From positions 72,491-136,490 of the forward strand of contig JAKQTR010000043.1 in NCBI GenBank assembly GCA_029562975.1: DNA of 64,000 bases, read 5' to 3'. This document shows positions 1-9,300 of this stretch, piece after piece (the first letter of the stretch is position 1; each line of letters starts with the position of its first letter). A program made the position numbers and the translations under genes. The DNA is from Acidobacteriota bacterium (GTDB lineage: Bacteria; Acidobacteriota; Vicinamibacteria; Vicinamibacterales; JAKQTR01). Under the pieces are notes generated by a model. The model was not told the origin of the DNA. It saw nothing but the letters and a program-made list of their open reading frames with translations, and searched no databases.

Positions 1-47
1 AGAAGATCCCGTCGAAGTGCAACGAGTGCCACACGATCAAGGGCTAG
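1..47 (+). CDS. 3' end of a c-type cytochrome gene (partial, runs off the window start)
   Basis: Frame 3 reads ...KIPSKCNECHTIKG followed by TAG at 45-47. CNECH is a CxxCH haem c attachment motif. Only 15 codons are visible. Confidence 0.35.
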   Translation, partial: KIPSKCNECHTIKG

Positions 48-80
48 GCGCGTAGCGATCCGACGCCCCTCGCGCGATGC

Positions 81-102
81 GGCCGGGACGAGCGTCCCGG
101 CC
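81..102 (+). terminator. GC-rich hairpin downstream of the partial cytochrome gene
   Basis: GGCCGGGAC-GAGC-GTCCCGGCC forms a 9-bp perfect stem with a 4-nt loop, 34 nt after the stop. There is no clear U-tract. Confidence 0.4.
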
Positions 103-223
103 GCCCCGTTCGCGCACACGCCAGGCCCCTGGCCCGCCGCACGAGCAGCAGCCGGCCGCCATCCTGCCCGGCCAGAAGGCGCCCCGCGACTCTTCCCACG
201 TTCTTGGGAAACCGCACATGCGA

Positions 224-245
224 AGGGCCCCGTCGACGGGGCCCT
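224..245. terminator. Perfect palindrome, candidate terminator for the CGNR gene
   Basis: GGGCCCCGTCGACGGGGCCC (225-244) is a 20-nt perfect palindrome about 47 nt downstream of the minus-strand stop at 292. Confidence 0.35.
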
Positions 246-291
246 CGGCCGTCTGGATGGCACGTGGTGCGCCCTGAAGAAAGCGATTCCT

Positions 292-996
292 TCATTGCAG
301 GGGTCCGGTCAACTCCAACGCCTCCAACGCGCCGGACCTGGCACGGAAACGACGGGCCTTGGCGCGATTGCCGCAGACCGACATGTCGCACCAGCGCCGG
401 GACCCGTTCTTGCTCGAGTCGATGAACAGCCAGGCGCACCCCGCCCCCTCGCACTGCCGCACGCGGCGCACGGTGTCAGAGGTCACGAGATCCATCGCCG
501 ACAGGACGGCGGCCCAGAGCGGGCGGTCGAGATCCGGGGTGTCGCTGCGGCGCCACTCCCACGCCAACGGGCCGGTCCCGCCGCTCAGTCCGCGCCTGGA
601 GGCGGCCGTTCGGATCAAGACATCGAGCGCCGCCAGTGCGGCGGCTGGCACGGCTTTGCCGCGGGCGATCGCAGAGAAGGTCTCGAAAACCGTCTCGCGT
701 CCCTTCCGGAGGCGGTGAAGCGCCTTCTCCGCCTCCGCCGGGAGGGCCTTCGATCGCCTGACCAGCGCGCGATACTCCGGCGGCGAGAGCGCCCCCGCCT
801 GCAGGCCCCAGTCGCATGCGGACTTGTAGTCCCGCAGCAACTCCCGAGGCCGCTCTCGAAGGCGCTCGTCGAGCGTGTTGGCGAGGTCCAGGCAGAGGCT
901 GCCCCCCGTCAGCTCAAAGAGATAACCGTCTGGCGTATCGAGGCCGCCGAAACGGGGCGACTGCGCACGGAGTCGGGGCGTGGGGTCCCTAGGCAT
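292..996 (-). CDS. CGNR zinc-finger domain protein (ABATE-like N-terminal domain), putative regulator
   Basis: The C-terminus WCDMSVCGNRAKARRFR carries the CGNR signature. ATG at 994-996 overlaps the upstream gene's stop (TGATG), so the start is set at 996 rather than the ORF-track start at 1020. Confidence 0.8.
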   Translation of the reverse strand: MPRDPTPRLRAQSPRFGGLDTPDGYLFELTGGSLCLDLANTLDERLRERPRELLRDYKSACDWGLQAGALSPPEYRALVRRSKALPAEAEKALHRLRKGRETVFETFSAIARGKAVPAAALAALDVLIRTAASRRGLSGGTGPLAWEWRRSDTPDLDRPLWAAVLSAMDLVTSDTVRRVRQCEGAGCAWLFIDSSKNGSRRWCDMSVCGNRAKARRFRARSGALEALELTGPLQ

Positions 997-1985
997 CAGG
1001 CAGATCCGCAGGCGCCGCACATTGTACCTGCTGCAGGATCGACGCGATCCGCTGACAACGCCCGCAGGTTGCGGCCGATCACCTCTTCCTGGCAGGGCTG
1101 GCCAAGCAGATCCAGCTTGCGCCCGATCGCCTCCCGGACGCAGCCGGTTCGGCTTCGTCCGTCAAGGAGCGCGCGCGTCTCGGCTTCACTGAACTCGACG
1201 CCGCTCTCCACCACGGGCAACTCGGGGTTGGCCGGGCAGTCTCGCTGACAGGACAGGCAGCCGATGAGGCAGTGGTGCACCCCTGAAGGCACGTGCGACG
1301 GCCACGGGCCCAGCGTTTCGTTGGCGAGGGTCAGGCACAGCTCCGCTCGGAGAAGGACGCGTTCCGAGCTGATTGCGCCGGTCGGGCACCTAGCCTCGCA
1401 GATGCGGCACCCGTCGCATTCGTCAAGGAGCCGGGGGACGCAAGGCCGCCAGTCGGGAGGCACGCGCAGCCGCGCGTTCGTGACGTAGCCGAGCAACTGC
1501 AGGTAGCTGCCCATCCCGGCGGCGTACGTCAGGTTGTTCCGGCCGTACTGGACGAGGCCGAGCAGCGACGCTGCCGTCTTGAGCGGGGCCGCCGCGACGG
1601 CCAGCTCGCACCCCTTGAGCGGCCCCTCGGCGAGGTCGCACCGAACGTCCTCGAAGGTGCGCAGGTACCGTTCGTAGGTCGGCGGGAAGAGGGCCTGGAT
1701 GCGGCGGCCGGACGTCACGAAGCCCACCGAGTGCGCGGGGCGAGGCATCGCCACGACCAGGGCCTGCCACCCGCGCGGCGGACGGCCGCGGGCGAATGAC
1801 AGATGCCTGGAGGCGAATCGCTCGTCGATCTTCCCCGTTCGCCTCTGCCGCTGCACGACCCGCCTCGCCAGCGGCAGCACGCTGGCCGGCCCCCATGCCA
1901 CGGCGAACCCCCTGCGTCGCGCCCAGCCCCGCAGCTCGGCTTCCACCGTCCACCTCCTCGCTTGACGGTCGAGAGTAACTAGCAT
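996..1985 (-). CDS. 4Fe-4S double-cluster protein, epoxyqueuosine reductase (QueG)-like / reductive-dehalogenase superfamily
   Basis: 329-aa ORF. The ferredoxin-type motifs CDGCRICEARCPTGA and CLIGCLSCQRDCPANP are spaced as in QueG. The stop overlaps the CGNR start, suggesting translational coupling. Confidence 0.65.
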   Translation of the reverse strand: MLVTLDRQARRWTVEAELRGWARRRGFAVAWGPASVLPLARRVVQRQRRTGKIDERFASRHLSFARGRPPRGWQALVVAMPRPAHSVGFVTSGRRIQALFPPTYERYLRTFEDVRCDLAEGPLKGCELAVAAAPLKTAASLLGLVQYGRNNLTYAAGMGSYLQLLGYVTNARLRVPPDWRPCVPRLLDECDGCRICEARCPTGAISSERVLLRAELCLTLANETLGPWPSHVPSGVHHCLIGCLSCQRDCPANPELPVVESGVEFSEAETRALLDGRSRTGCVREAIGRKLDLLGQPCQEEVIGRNLRALSADRVDPAAGTMCGACGSA

Positions 1986-2006
1986 AACATGTATAGCTAG
2001 TTACTC
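1973..2006. promoter_or_regulatory. AT-rich 34-bp palindromic operator-like site
   Basis: GAGTAACTAGC-ATAACATGTATA-GCTAGTTACTC has perfect 11-bp inverted arms and a central ACATGT. It overlaps the ATG (1983-1985) of the QueG-like gene and sits in the divergent region toward 2128. It is conspicuously AT-rich against the GC-rich background. Confidence 0.5.
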
Positions 2007-2127
2007 GCTCCCGGAGTGTCCCGGAGGCGCACCGAGGTCGGCCTGGATCTTCGGCTGCCGCCGCCAGGCCCCTTGCCGGACACCCGTTCGCTCGAGCGCG
2101 CTTGCCCGGGTTCCTGGGGAGAGGCAG

Positions 2128-2706
2128 GTGATTTCCTTGCTGGTAGAGTTCTTGCGGAAGCGGGGCAGGAGGTATCTCCTGTACCTTGGCGTGGCCGTGC
2201 CGGCCGCCCTGTGCCACAACCTGCTGCACGAAGCCGTGCACTACATCGGCGCGATCGTGTTCGGCGAAGGCGTGACGGCCTTCCGGTTCCTGACCAATGG
2301 CTGGGGAACCAGCCAGGTGGTGTTCAGCATGCCCGTCGAGCAGCGCGTGGGCGGACATTGGCTGGTGGTGGCGTGGGCTCCCAGCATCGTAACGACCCTG
2401 CTCGGGTACGGCCTCTACGCGGCCCGCAGCGTGGCTGGGCGACACCCGGTGTCCCGGTACGCGTGGCTGTACGCCGGGTTCTTCTTCCTGCTCCTCGATC
2501 CCTTCTACATGTCGCTGCTTTCGCTGGCTGTCGGGGGCGACGTGGAAGCAGCCGCCGCGGTCGGCCTGCCGGTGTGGCCAGTGCAGGCTGTAGCAGCGGC
2601 GGTTCTGCTGTTCAACGTGAGACTGTTCACCCGCTGGCAGAAGGAGGTGCAAGAGGCTCGGGTCGCGACGGAAGAGATGCAGCCAGGCGCGCATGGCGGC
2701 GGTTGA
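2128..2706 (+). CDS. Polytopic membrane protein with HExxH motif (DUF3267-like putative zincin peptidase)
   Basis: GTG start preceded by GGGGAGAGG. It has a HEAVH motif near the first hydrophobic segment and 4-5 hydrophobic helices. Confidence 0.6.
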   Translation: MISLLVEFLRKRGRRYLLYLGVAVPAALCHNLLHEAVHYIGAIVFGEGVTAFRFLTNGWGTSQVVFSMPVEQRVGGHWLVVAWAPSIVTTLLGYGLYAARSVAGRHPVSRYAWLYAGFFFLLLDPFYMSLLSLAVGGDVEAAAAVGLPVWPVQAVAAAVLLFNVRLFTRWQKEVQEARVATEEMQPGAHGGG

Positions 2707-3286
2707 CAAGCGCACAGGACGATTGCGAACGCGAGACAGGCTGGAGTGCGGCTTCGCCGCGCGCGCTGCTCGAGCCTCTGGGCTACGTGCTTCCGGCGGC
2801 GGACGAAGCGCGCGACGATGAGCTGGCCACCGTGGTCGGATTCACGCCAACCGTCCTCCGATGAAGCCGGTACGGTTCCTCGCTCTCTCGCAGGCGGGAT
2901 TCCCGCACGGACTGCTGACAGGACTCGTCAGACCGAACTCACCGAGGCCCGCCCGCCGGCACAACGCTGGTGCCGTACAGCCGACAGGCCGGACGCAGGG
3001 CTTGCCGGCCATCGCGCTTCGCGTTACAACGTTCGCACCTGTTCCCGAAGGCCTGCGATGGCGTGCTCGGCCCTCTCGTCTCGGCGTGCGGCGCGGGCCG
3101 GCGCGTGGATCCGCGTCGCGGCATCTGCGCCCGCGCGGGCGTCTGGCCCCGCCAGGGTGATCGAGGGGCTCGATCGCCGCCCTTTGACGGGCAGGGTGGC
3201 CGAAGGCCGGGCCCCCAGTTGTCAGGGCCCCTCTTTTCTTCGATCCGTTCGCCGCGGGACGGCGACCTGCCGGGAGGGCGAGCGCT

Positions 3287-3964
3287 GTGGACGCCGAAGC
3301 CTACGATCGGTGGTATGAGACGCCGTACGGCCGGTGGGTCGGCCAGCGCGAGGTGGCGCTGCTCCTCGAGGAACTCGCCCCCCGCCCGGGGGAGACGGTG
3401 CTCGATGTTGGCTGCGGCACGGGTTTCTTCACGCGCGCCCTGGCCGCCGCAACCGGAGGGCCGGTCACCGGCGTCGACCTGGACACGGACTGGCTGGCGT
3501 ACGCCCGGCGCCGGAGTGCGGCCGGTGTGACCTACGAAGCCGCCGACGCGCGGAGTCTTCCGTACGGGCCCGCGAGCTTCGATCTGGTCGTGTCGATCAC
3601 CGCGCTCTGCTTCATCGAGGAAGAGCGCGCCGCCGTCGGCGAGCTGCTCCGCGTCGCGCGCCGCCGGGTCGCCATCGGCCTGCTGAACCGCCGCAGCCTC
3701 CTGTGGCTCCAGAAGGGCCGGCGCGGCGGCCGCAACGGTTACCGCGGCGCGCGCTGGCACACGGTGCGCGAGGCCGCGGGCCTGCTGGCCGGGTTGCACG
3801 CCGGGCGCACGCGGGTGCGCACGGCGCTGCACCTGCCCGGCGGCGGACGACTCGCGCGGGCCATGGACCGCCTCTGGCCGCGCTGGCTCCACACCGGCGC
3901 GTTCATCCTGCTGGTGGCAGACCTCCCTGGAGCTGCGGCAGCATCCTCCGGCGGCGACGAATAG
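3287..3964 (+). CDS. Class I SAM-dependent methyltransferase
   Basis: Motif I VLDVGCGTGFF, followed by VDLD and DLVVS motifs typical of Methyltransf_11/25. GTG start. Confidence 0.85.
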   Translation: MDAEAYDRWYETPYGRWVGQREVALLLEELAPRPGETVLDVGCGTGFFTRALAAATGGPVTGVDLDTDWLAYARRRSAAGVTYEAADARSLPYGPASFDLVVSITALCFIEEERAAVGELLRVARRRVAIGLLNRRSLLWLQKGRRGGRNGYRGARWHTVREAAGLLAGLHAGRTRVRTALHLPGGGRLARAMDRLWPRWLHTGAFILLVADLPGAAAASSGGDE

Positions 3965-4076
3965 GGCACGGCGCCGCGTGCTGTCCCGGGTGTCGCGCGG
4001 GGGCACGGGCCGCGTCCCGCAGCATTCCGTTAACGGGGGAGGGCCGCTCGTGTCGGTTCCGGGATCGCGATGCCGC
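3948..4076 (+). repeat. 129-nt intergenic repeat, copy A (partner at 14809-14937)
   Basis: The core 3963-4076 matches 14824-14937 at 107 of 114 positions in the same orientation, and the 15 nt upstream match at 12 of 15. It starts within the last codons of the methyltransferase gene. Confidence 0.9.
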
Positions 4077-4348
4077 ACCGACGCTCGACGTGGCCTCGCT
4101 CGAAGACAATCTCGACGCGGCAAGCGCCGCGGGACTGATCCGGCTGGAGACGATCGATCCCCGGCCCCGACGTCAGCGCCGCACCGCCCGCGCAGCTGGA
4201 TCGCCGGATGGATCGCGGCCGAGACGAACGGATCGCGTGACCGGGCTGAACCTCGCCGTCCCGGCACGGAGGTCGCGCCGCGGCGCCGGCGGTCCACTCC
4301 AGCCGGCGCCCGCCCGGTCGCGGCGATGCGGCGCAGGCGCGCGCGAAG

Positions 4349-5647
4349 CTACCGGTTGCCGGCGGCAGTCGATACCCGCGCGTTCCGGCGCAGCTCCTGC
4401 GCCATGTCGGCGATCTGGGTGACGTCGCGCTTCAGCTCGCTCCAGCCGTACCACAGCGCGTAGTCAGGGCTTGCGTGGAACGTGCCCTGGAACGCGCGCA
4501 TCCGGTGCTCCAGGAACATGACGAACAGCTTCTGCTCGATCTGCGTCGGCGCGTCGTGGAACTCGAGCAGGTCCGGATACGGCGAGGCGTTCGCCGACGG
4601 CTTCTTCAGGATGCCGTCCGCGTAGAGCGCGGCGACGGTGCGGATGGCTTTGGCCATGAGGCGATCGGCCTGCCGGATCATGTCGTCGCCCTTGGCGAGC
4701 TCGGCCTTCGCAAACGACTGCACGTGACACGAGGCGCACGCCTTCTGCATGGCGTCGCGCTCCTGCTGCCAGCTCTCCTGCGTCAGCCTGGCGAGGTCGG
4801 CCGCCTTCACCGTATCGAGCCGCGCCGTCGGCTTCCCCGACGCGTCGAGCACGCCGAGCGCCTGCAGGATCACGGTCCGATCCTCGGCCCACTGCTTGTC
4901 CTCGGGCATCGGCAGCCGCACGGCCAGGAAGCCCCATGCGGTGCGGACCCCATGGTCGCCGCCGGGCATGTGGCAGGTCTGGCACGTGGGCGCGGCCGCC
5001 TCCTCCGGCAGCACCTTCATCTGCCTGAGCTGCTGGCGCACGCCGTGCTTCGACGAGGAGTACATCTCCCACTGCGCGTGATCGAAGCCCATGTGGCACG
5101 TCTTGCACGCCTCGGGCTGCCGCGCCTCGGCCACCGAGAAGGTATGGCGCGTGTGGCACGCATCGCACGAGGCGACGCCGTAGCCGACACCGGTCTTCCG
5201 CAGCTCGCGAATCTCGGCGTCGGTCTTGGTCCCGATCTTGTGGCAGCCGCCGCAGCCCTTCATGCCGTCCGACAGCGTGGCGGGCAGCATGTGCGCGGTG
5301 GGCATCGCCTTCATCGCCGTCCAGGCCATCGCGTGCTTGCCCTTCTTGAACTGCTCGACGCGATCGGCGTGGCACTGGGCGCAGAGCTCGGGCGTCGGCA
5401 GGGCGTTGCCGCGCTTGACGAGCACGCCCTTGTCGGCGTCGGCGATGTGCTCGGCGGGATGGCACGTCTCGCAGCCAATCCCGGCTTCGAAGTGCTTGCT
5501 CGCGCGCCAGTCGGCGACGAGCTGCGGGCTGTTCTTGAGGTGGCAATCTACGCACTGCTGGCCCTTGGGCGGCGCCGGCTGCTGGCCCGATAGCAGCGCC
5601 GGCACTTCCATGACAACGAGGAGAAGAAAGGCGGCAAGAGGAAACAT
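4349..5647 (-). CDS. Octahaem c-type cytochrome, hydroxylamine oxidoreductase (HAO)-like family, secreted
   Basis: Eight CxxCH motifs: CVDCH, CETCH, CAQCH, CGGCH, CDACH, CKTCH, CQTCH, CASCH. It has an N-terminal signal peptide ([12 protein letters not shown]) and a helical C-terminal part ([13 protein letters not shown]) reminiscent of the HAO family. GGGAGG lies 5 nt before ATG 5647, so that start is preferred over GTG 5662. Confidence 0.7.
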   Translation of the reverse strand: MFPLAAFLLLVVMEVPALLSGQQPAPPKGQQCVDCHLKNSPQLVADWRASKHFEAGIGCETCHPAEHIADADKGVLVKRGNALPTPELCAQCHADRVEQFKKGKHAMAWTAMKAMPTAHMLPATLSDGMKGCGGCHKIGTKTDAEIRELRKTGVGYGVASCDACHTRHTFSVAEARQPEACKTCHMGFDHAQWEMYSSSKHGVRQQLRQMKVLPEEAAAPTCQTCHMPGGDHGVRTAWGFLAVRLPMPEDKQWAEDRTVILQALGVLDASGKPTARLDTVKAADLARLTQESWQQERDAMQKACASCHVQSFAKAELAKGDDMIRQADRLMAKAIRTVAALYADGILKKPSANASPYPDLLEFHDAPTQIEQKLFVMFLEHRMRAFQGTFHASPDYALWYGWSELKRDVTQIADMAQELRRNARVSTAAGNR

Positions 5648-5751
5648 GATGGCCTCCCGCACGACAGCTTACACCCGCCGCGCGCGCGGACAACCGCGGC
5701 AGCCGCGACCCGGACCCGACGCGCCCGTGCAGGCCCGTCCGTGGAGCGCCG

Positions 5752-6160
5752 CTCCGCTCGCAGCTCGCGGGCCTGTGCCGCGCCAACCCCACCGGCGCGA
5801 AGTGGGCCGTCGTGCCCGCGCACGCCATCGGCCTCACGCTGGGCGAGCGGCTCGCGCGCTGGCTCACGCTGGAGCAGCCCGCGTTACGGGCCGTGGTGCC
5901 CGAGGCGGTCGTCGAACTGGTCGAGGCCGTTACGCGGGCGCCGTTCTGGGCCGAGGCGAGGGCCGGTGGCGAGGTGCACGTCGAGGTGCCGTTTGCGGTG
6001 AGGGTGGAGCCGGGCACGTCGATCCCGGGCGTTGCCGTGATGGAGAGACCGACGGTCCTGCGCGGCGTCATCGGCCTCGTGTATCGGGCGGCCGATGGCT
6101 GGCGCATCCTCGACTACAAGACCGATCGGCTGGAGGGCGCGGAGGATCGGCTGGCCGGCC
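5752..6160 (+). pseudogene. Internally deleted, 3'-truncated remnant of a PD-(D/E)XK (RecB/AddB-type) nuclease gene
   Basis: The frame reads [36 protein letters not shown] (N-terminal-like). It is then fused to ...EVPFAV...[24 protein letters not shown], the RecB-nuclease GxID...DYKT motif. After that the frame degenerates into an Arg-rich tail. Confidence 0.5.
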
Positions 6161-6166
6161 GGCGGC

Positions 6167-6238
6167 GAGGTCGAGCGGCATCATCCAGATCGACGCGTTC
6201 TGTTGGAAGACGACGTGGCGGCCGTCGGGCGACCAGCT
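6167..6238 (-). pseudogene. About 24-codon remnant of a TolB-like / WD40-like beta-propeller repeat
   Basis: The minus-strand frame reads [24 protein letters not shown], a typical PD40 repeat signature. It has no start and no credible flanking coding sequence. Confidence 0.35.
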
Positions 6239-6302
6239 GGCGCCGGCGTGCGCGCTTGCCTCGGAGGCCGCGGGTGCGGTCTTCGTGAGAGAATTGCTGG
6301 AA

Positions 6303-9300
6303 ATGGCATTCGACGGGTTCGACGGCGCCCGCGAGTCGGGCGAGGGCGCCGAACTGCTTGGCCTCGAGCGGCTCGAGGAGCATGCCCGGCGGCTGGCCGC
6401 GCTGCTGACGCCCGAGCGCCGCCGCCGGTCGGGCCGACCCGAGCACTTGAAGCGGCTGGGAGAGGACTCGCGCGCGCTGCGCCGCATCTACACCGCCCTC
6501 GAGGAGGACGCGCGCGCTGGCGAGGCGACGCCGCCCGCCGCCGAGTGGCTGCTCGACAACTTCCACGTGATCGCGGCCGCCATCAGGGACGTCCGCAGCG
6601 ACCTGCCGCCCTCGTTCTACCGCCGCCTGCCGTCGCTCACCGCCGACGAGTTCGCCGGCCTGCCGCGCGTGTCGGCCATGGCGCGCGAGCTGATCCGCTC
6701 GAGCGCCGGCCGCCTCGACGCGCACCGCATCCAGCGCTTCATGACCGCGTTCCAGTCGGTGACGCCGCTGACGATCGGCGAGATCTGGGCGTGGCCGAGC
6801 GCGCTCAAGCTCGCGCTGGTCGAGCAGCTGCGCGCCCGGGCCGAGGTCATCTTCGCGGCCCGGTCGCAGCGCCTCGACGCCGACCGGCTGGCCGGGACCC
6901 TCGACTCCCCCCGAGCGGAGCCGCGGGCCTGGCCCGACCCGTTCCACCCGGCCTTCGTCATCCGCGTGCTGCAGCGGTCGCGCGAGCACGGGGCGGCGGC
7001 CGCCGCCCTCCGCCAGGAGCTGGGGGCCGAGCTGGACGCGCGCGGCCAGACGATCGAGGAGGTGATCCGCGCCGAGGCGCAGTACCAGGCCGCCAGCCAG
7101 GCCGCGATGGCCAACCTCGTCGAGAGCCTGCGCCTGGTCTCCACCTTCGACTGGAGCGAGTTCTTCGAGAGCGTCAGCCTGGTCGAGCAGGTGCTGCTCC
7201 GCGACCCGTCGGCCGTCTACGGGCGGATGGACTTCCGCAGCCGCGACCGCTACCGACACGCCGTGGAAGAGCTGGCCGAGCCGACCGGCGAGGGGCAGGT
7301 GCGGGTGGCGCTCAAGGCGGTCGAGCGCGCGCGGCAGGTGGCCGAGCGCGATCGCGAGGCGCGCGAGGCCCACGTCGGCTACTACCTCATCGGGGGCGGC
7401 CGCCCGAAGTTCGAGCAAGGGATCGGCTACACCCCCGGCCCGTGGCAGCGCCTTCGCCGCCGCGCGTTCCGCCACGCCACCCCGCTCTACCTCGGGGCGA
7501 TCGCGCTCGTCACCGTGTCGATCCTCGCGGCGCTTGCCGCCTACTCCCAGCGGCATGGCTGGGGCGCCGCCGGCGCGGTGATGGTCATGCTGCTCGCGCT
7601 CGTCCCGGCGAGCGAGCTGGCCGTGCAGATCGTGCAGCAGGCCCTCGGGCGCCTGATCCCGCCGCGCCGGCTCCCGCGCCTCGACCTGCAGCAGGTGCCC
7701 GACTCGGCGTGCACGATGGTCATCGTGCCCACGCTGCTCGACAGCGTGGATGCGGTGCGCGACCTGCTGTCGCACCTCGAGGTGCAAGCGCTCGGCAACG
7801 TCGATCCCAACGTCCACTTCGCCATCCTCAGCGATTTTCGCGACGCCCCCACCGAGTGCCTGCCCCGCGACGCCGAGCTGCTGGAGGCGGCGCGCTCGGG
7901 GATCGAGGAGCTGAACGCGCAATACGCGCCCGAGGCCAACGACCGGTTCTTCCTGTTCCACCGCGTGCGCCAGTGGAACCCCCAAGAGAACATCTGGATG
8001 GGCTGGGAGCGGAAACGGGGGAAGATCGAGGAGTTCAACCGGCTCCTGCGAGGCGCCACCGACACGAGCTTCGTGCTCCATGTCGGCAACCTCGCCGTGC
8101 TGCCGAAGGTCCGCTACTGCATCACGCTCGACTCGGACACGCGCCTGCCGCGCGGCGCGGCCCGCGAGCTGATCGGCATCGTCAGCCACCCCCTGAACCG
8201 CCCGCGCTTCGACCCGGAGGCCCGCCGGGTGGTGGACGGCTACGGCATCCTGCAGCCGCGCGTCAGCGTCACGTTCGCGAGCGCCGAGGGGTCGCTCTTC
8301 GCCCGGTTGTTCGCCGGGCACACCGGCGTCGATCCCTACACGACGGCGGTCTCGGACACCTACCAGGACCTGTTCGGCGAGGGCATCTTCACCGGCAAGG
8401 GGCTGTACGACGTGGACGCGTTCACCTCGGCGCTCGAGGACGTCGTCCCCGAGAACGCGCTGCTGTCGCACGACCTGTTCGAGGGGCTGCACGCGCGCGT
8501 GGCGCTGGTGTCGGACGTCGAGGTGGTGGACGACTACCCGTCCACGGTGCTCTCCCACGCCCGGCGCCAGCACCGCTGGGTGCGCGGCGACTGGCAGATC
8601 CTCCTCTGGCTGTTCCCCTTCGTCCCCTCGCGCCGCGGCCTCGTGCGGAACACGCTGCCGCTCATCGGCCGCTGGAAGATCCTCGACAACCTGCGGCGCA
8701 GCCTCGTCCGGCCGACGCTGATGGCGCTGCTGCTCGCCGGCTGGACGGTGCTGCCCGGCAGCCACTGGCTGTGGGCCGGCGTCGTCTTCGCGGTCGTCGC
8801 GGCGCAGCTGCTGCCGCTCGTCGCCCGCCTCGTCACCGGGCCCCGCCGCGCGCAGTCGCTCCCGGTGTTCCTCCGCAACCTGCGCAACGACATCGCCCTC
8901 GCGCTCGCGCGGGCCACACTCGGGATCTCCCTGCTCGCCTACCACGCGTTCCTCTCGGCACACGCCATCGGGCTGACGCTGGTGCGCCTGGCCTTCACCC
9001 GGAAGCGGCTCCTCGAGTGGGAGACCGCGGCCGCGGTCGCCGCGCGGACCGCCGGGCTCACCACCGGCAAGGCGCTCCGCCGCTACCACGTCGAGATGGC
9101 GTCGAGCCCGATTGCCGCGGTGGCCTCGGCCTTCGTGGTGGCCGCCGTCAACCCGTCCGCGCTGCCCGCGGCCTTGCCCTTCCTGACGCTCTGGCTGCTC
9201 GCGCCGGGCATCGGGTACTGGATCGGCCTTCCGGCTGCCGCCCGCGTGGAGCCGCTCTCGGCCGCCGAGCGCCTCGCGCTGCGGCGCGTGGCCCGCAAGA

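Noticed and set aside
5226-6302. A 5' extension of the cgs reading frame, which is open from 5226 and would give 3185 aa.
   Set aside because: The extension overlaps the well-supported cytochrome gene on the other strand and the gene-remnant scar. Its translation is Arg/Ala/Gly junk. Cgs-like sequence only begins around the ATG at 6303.
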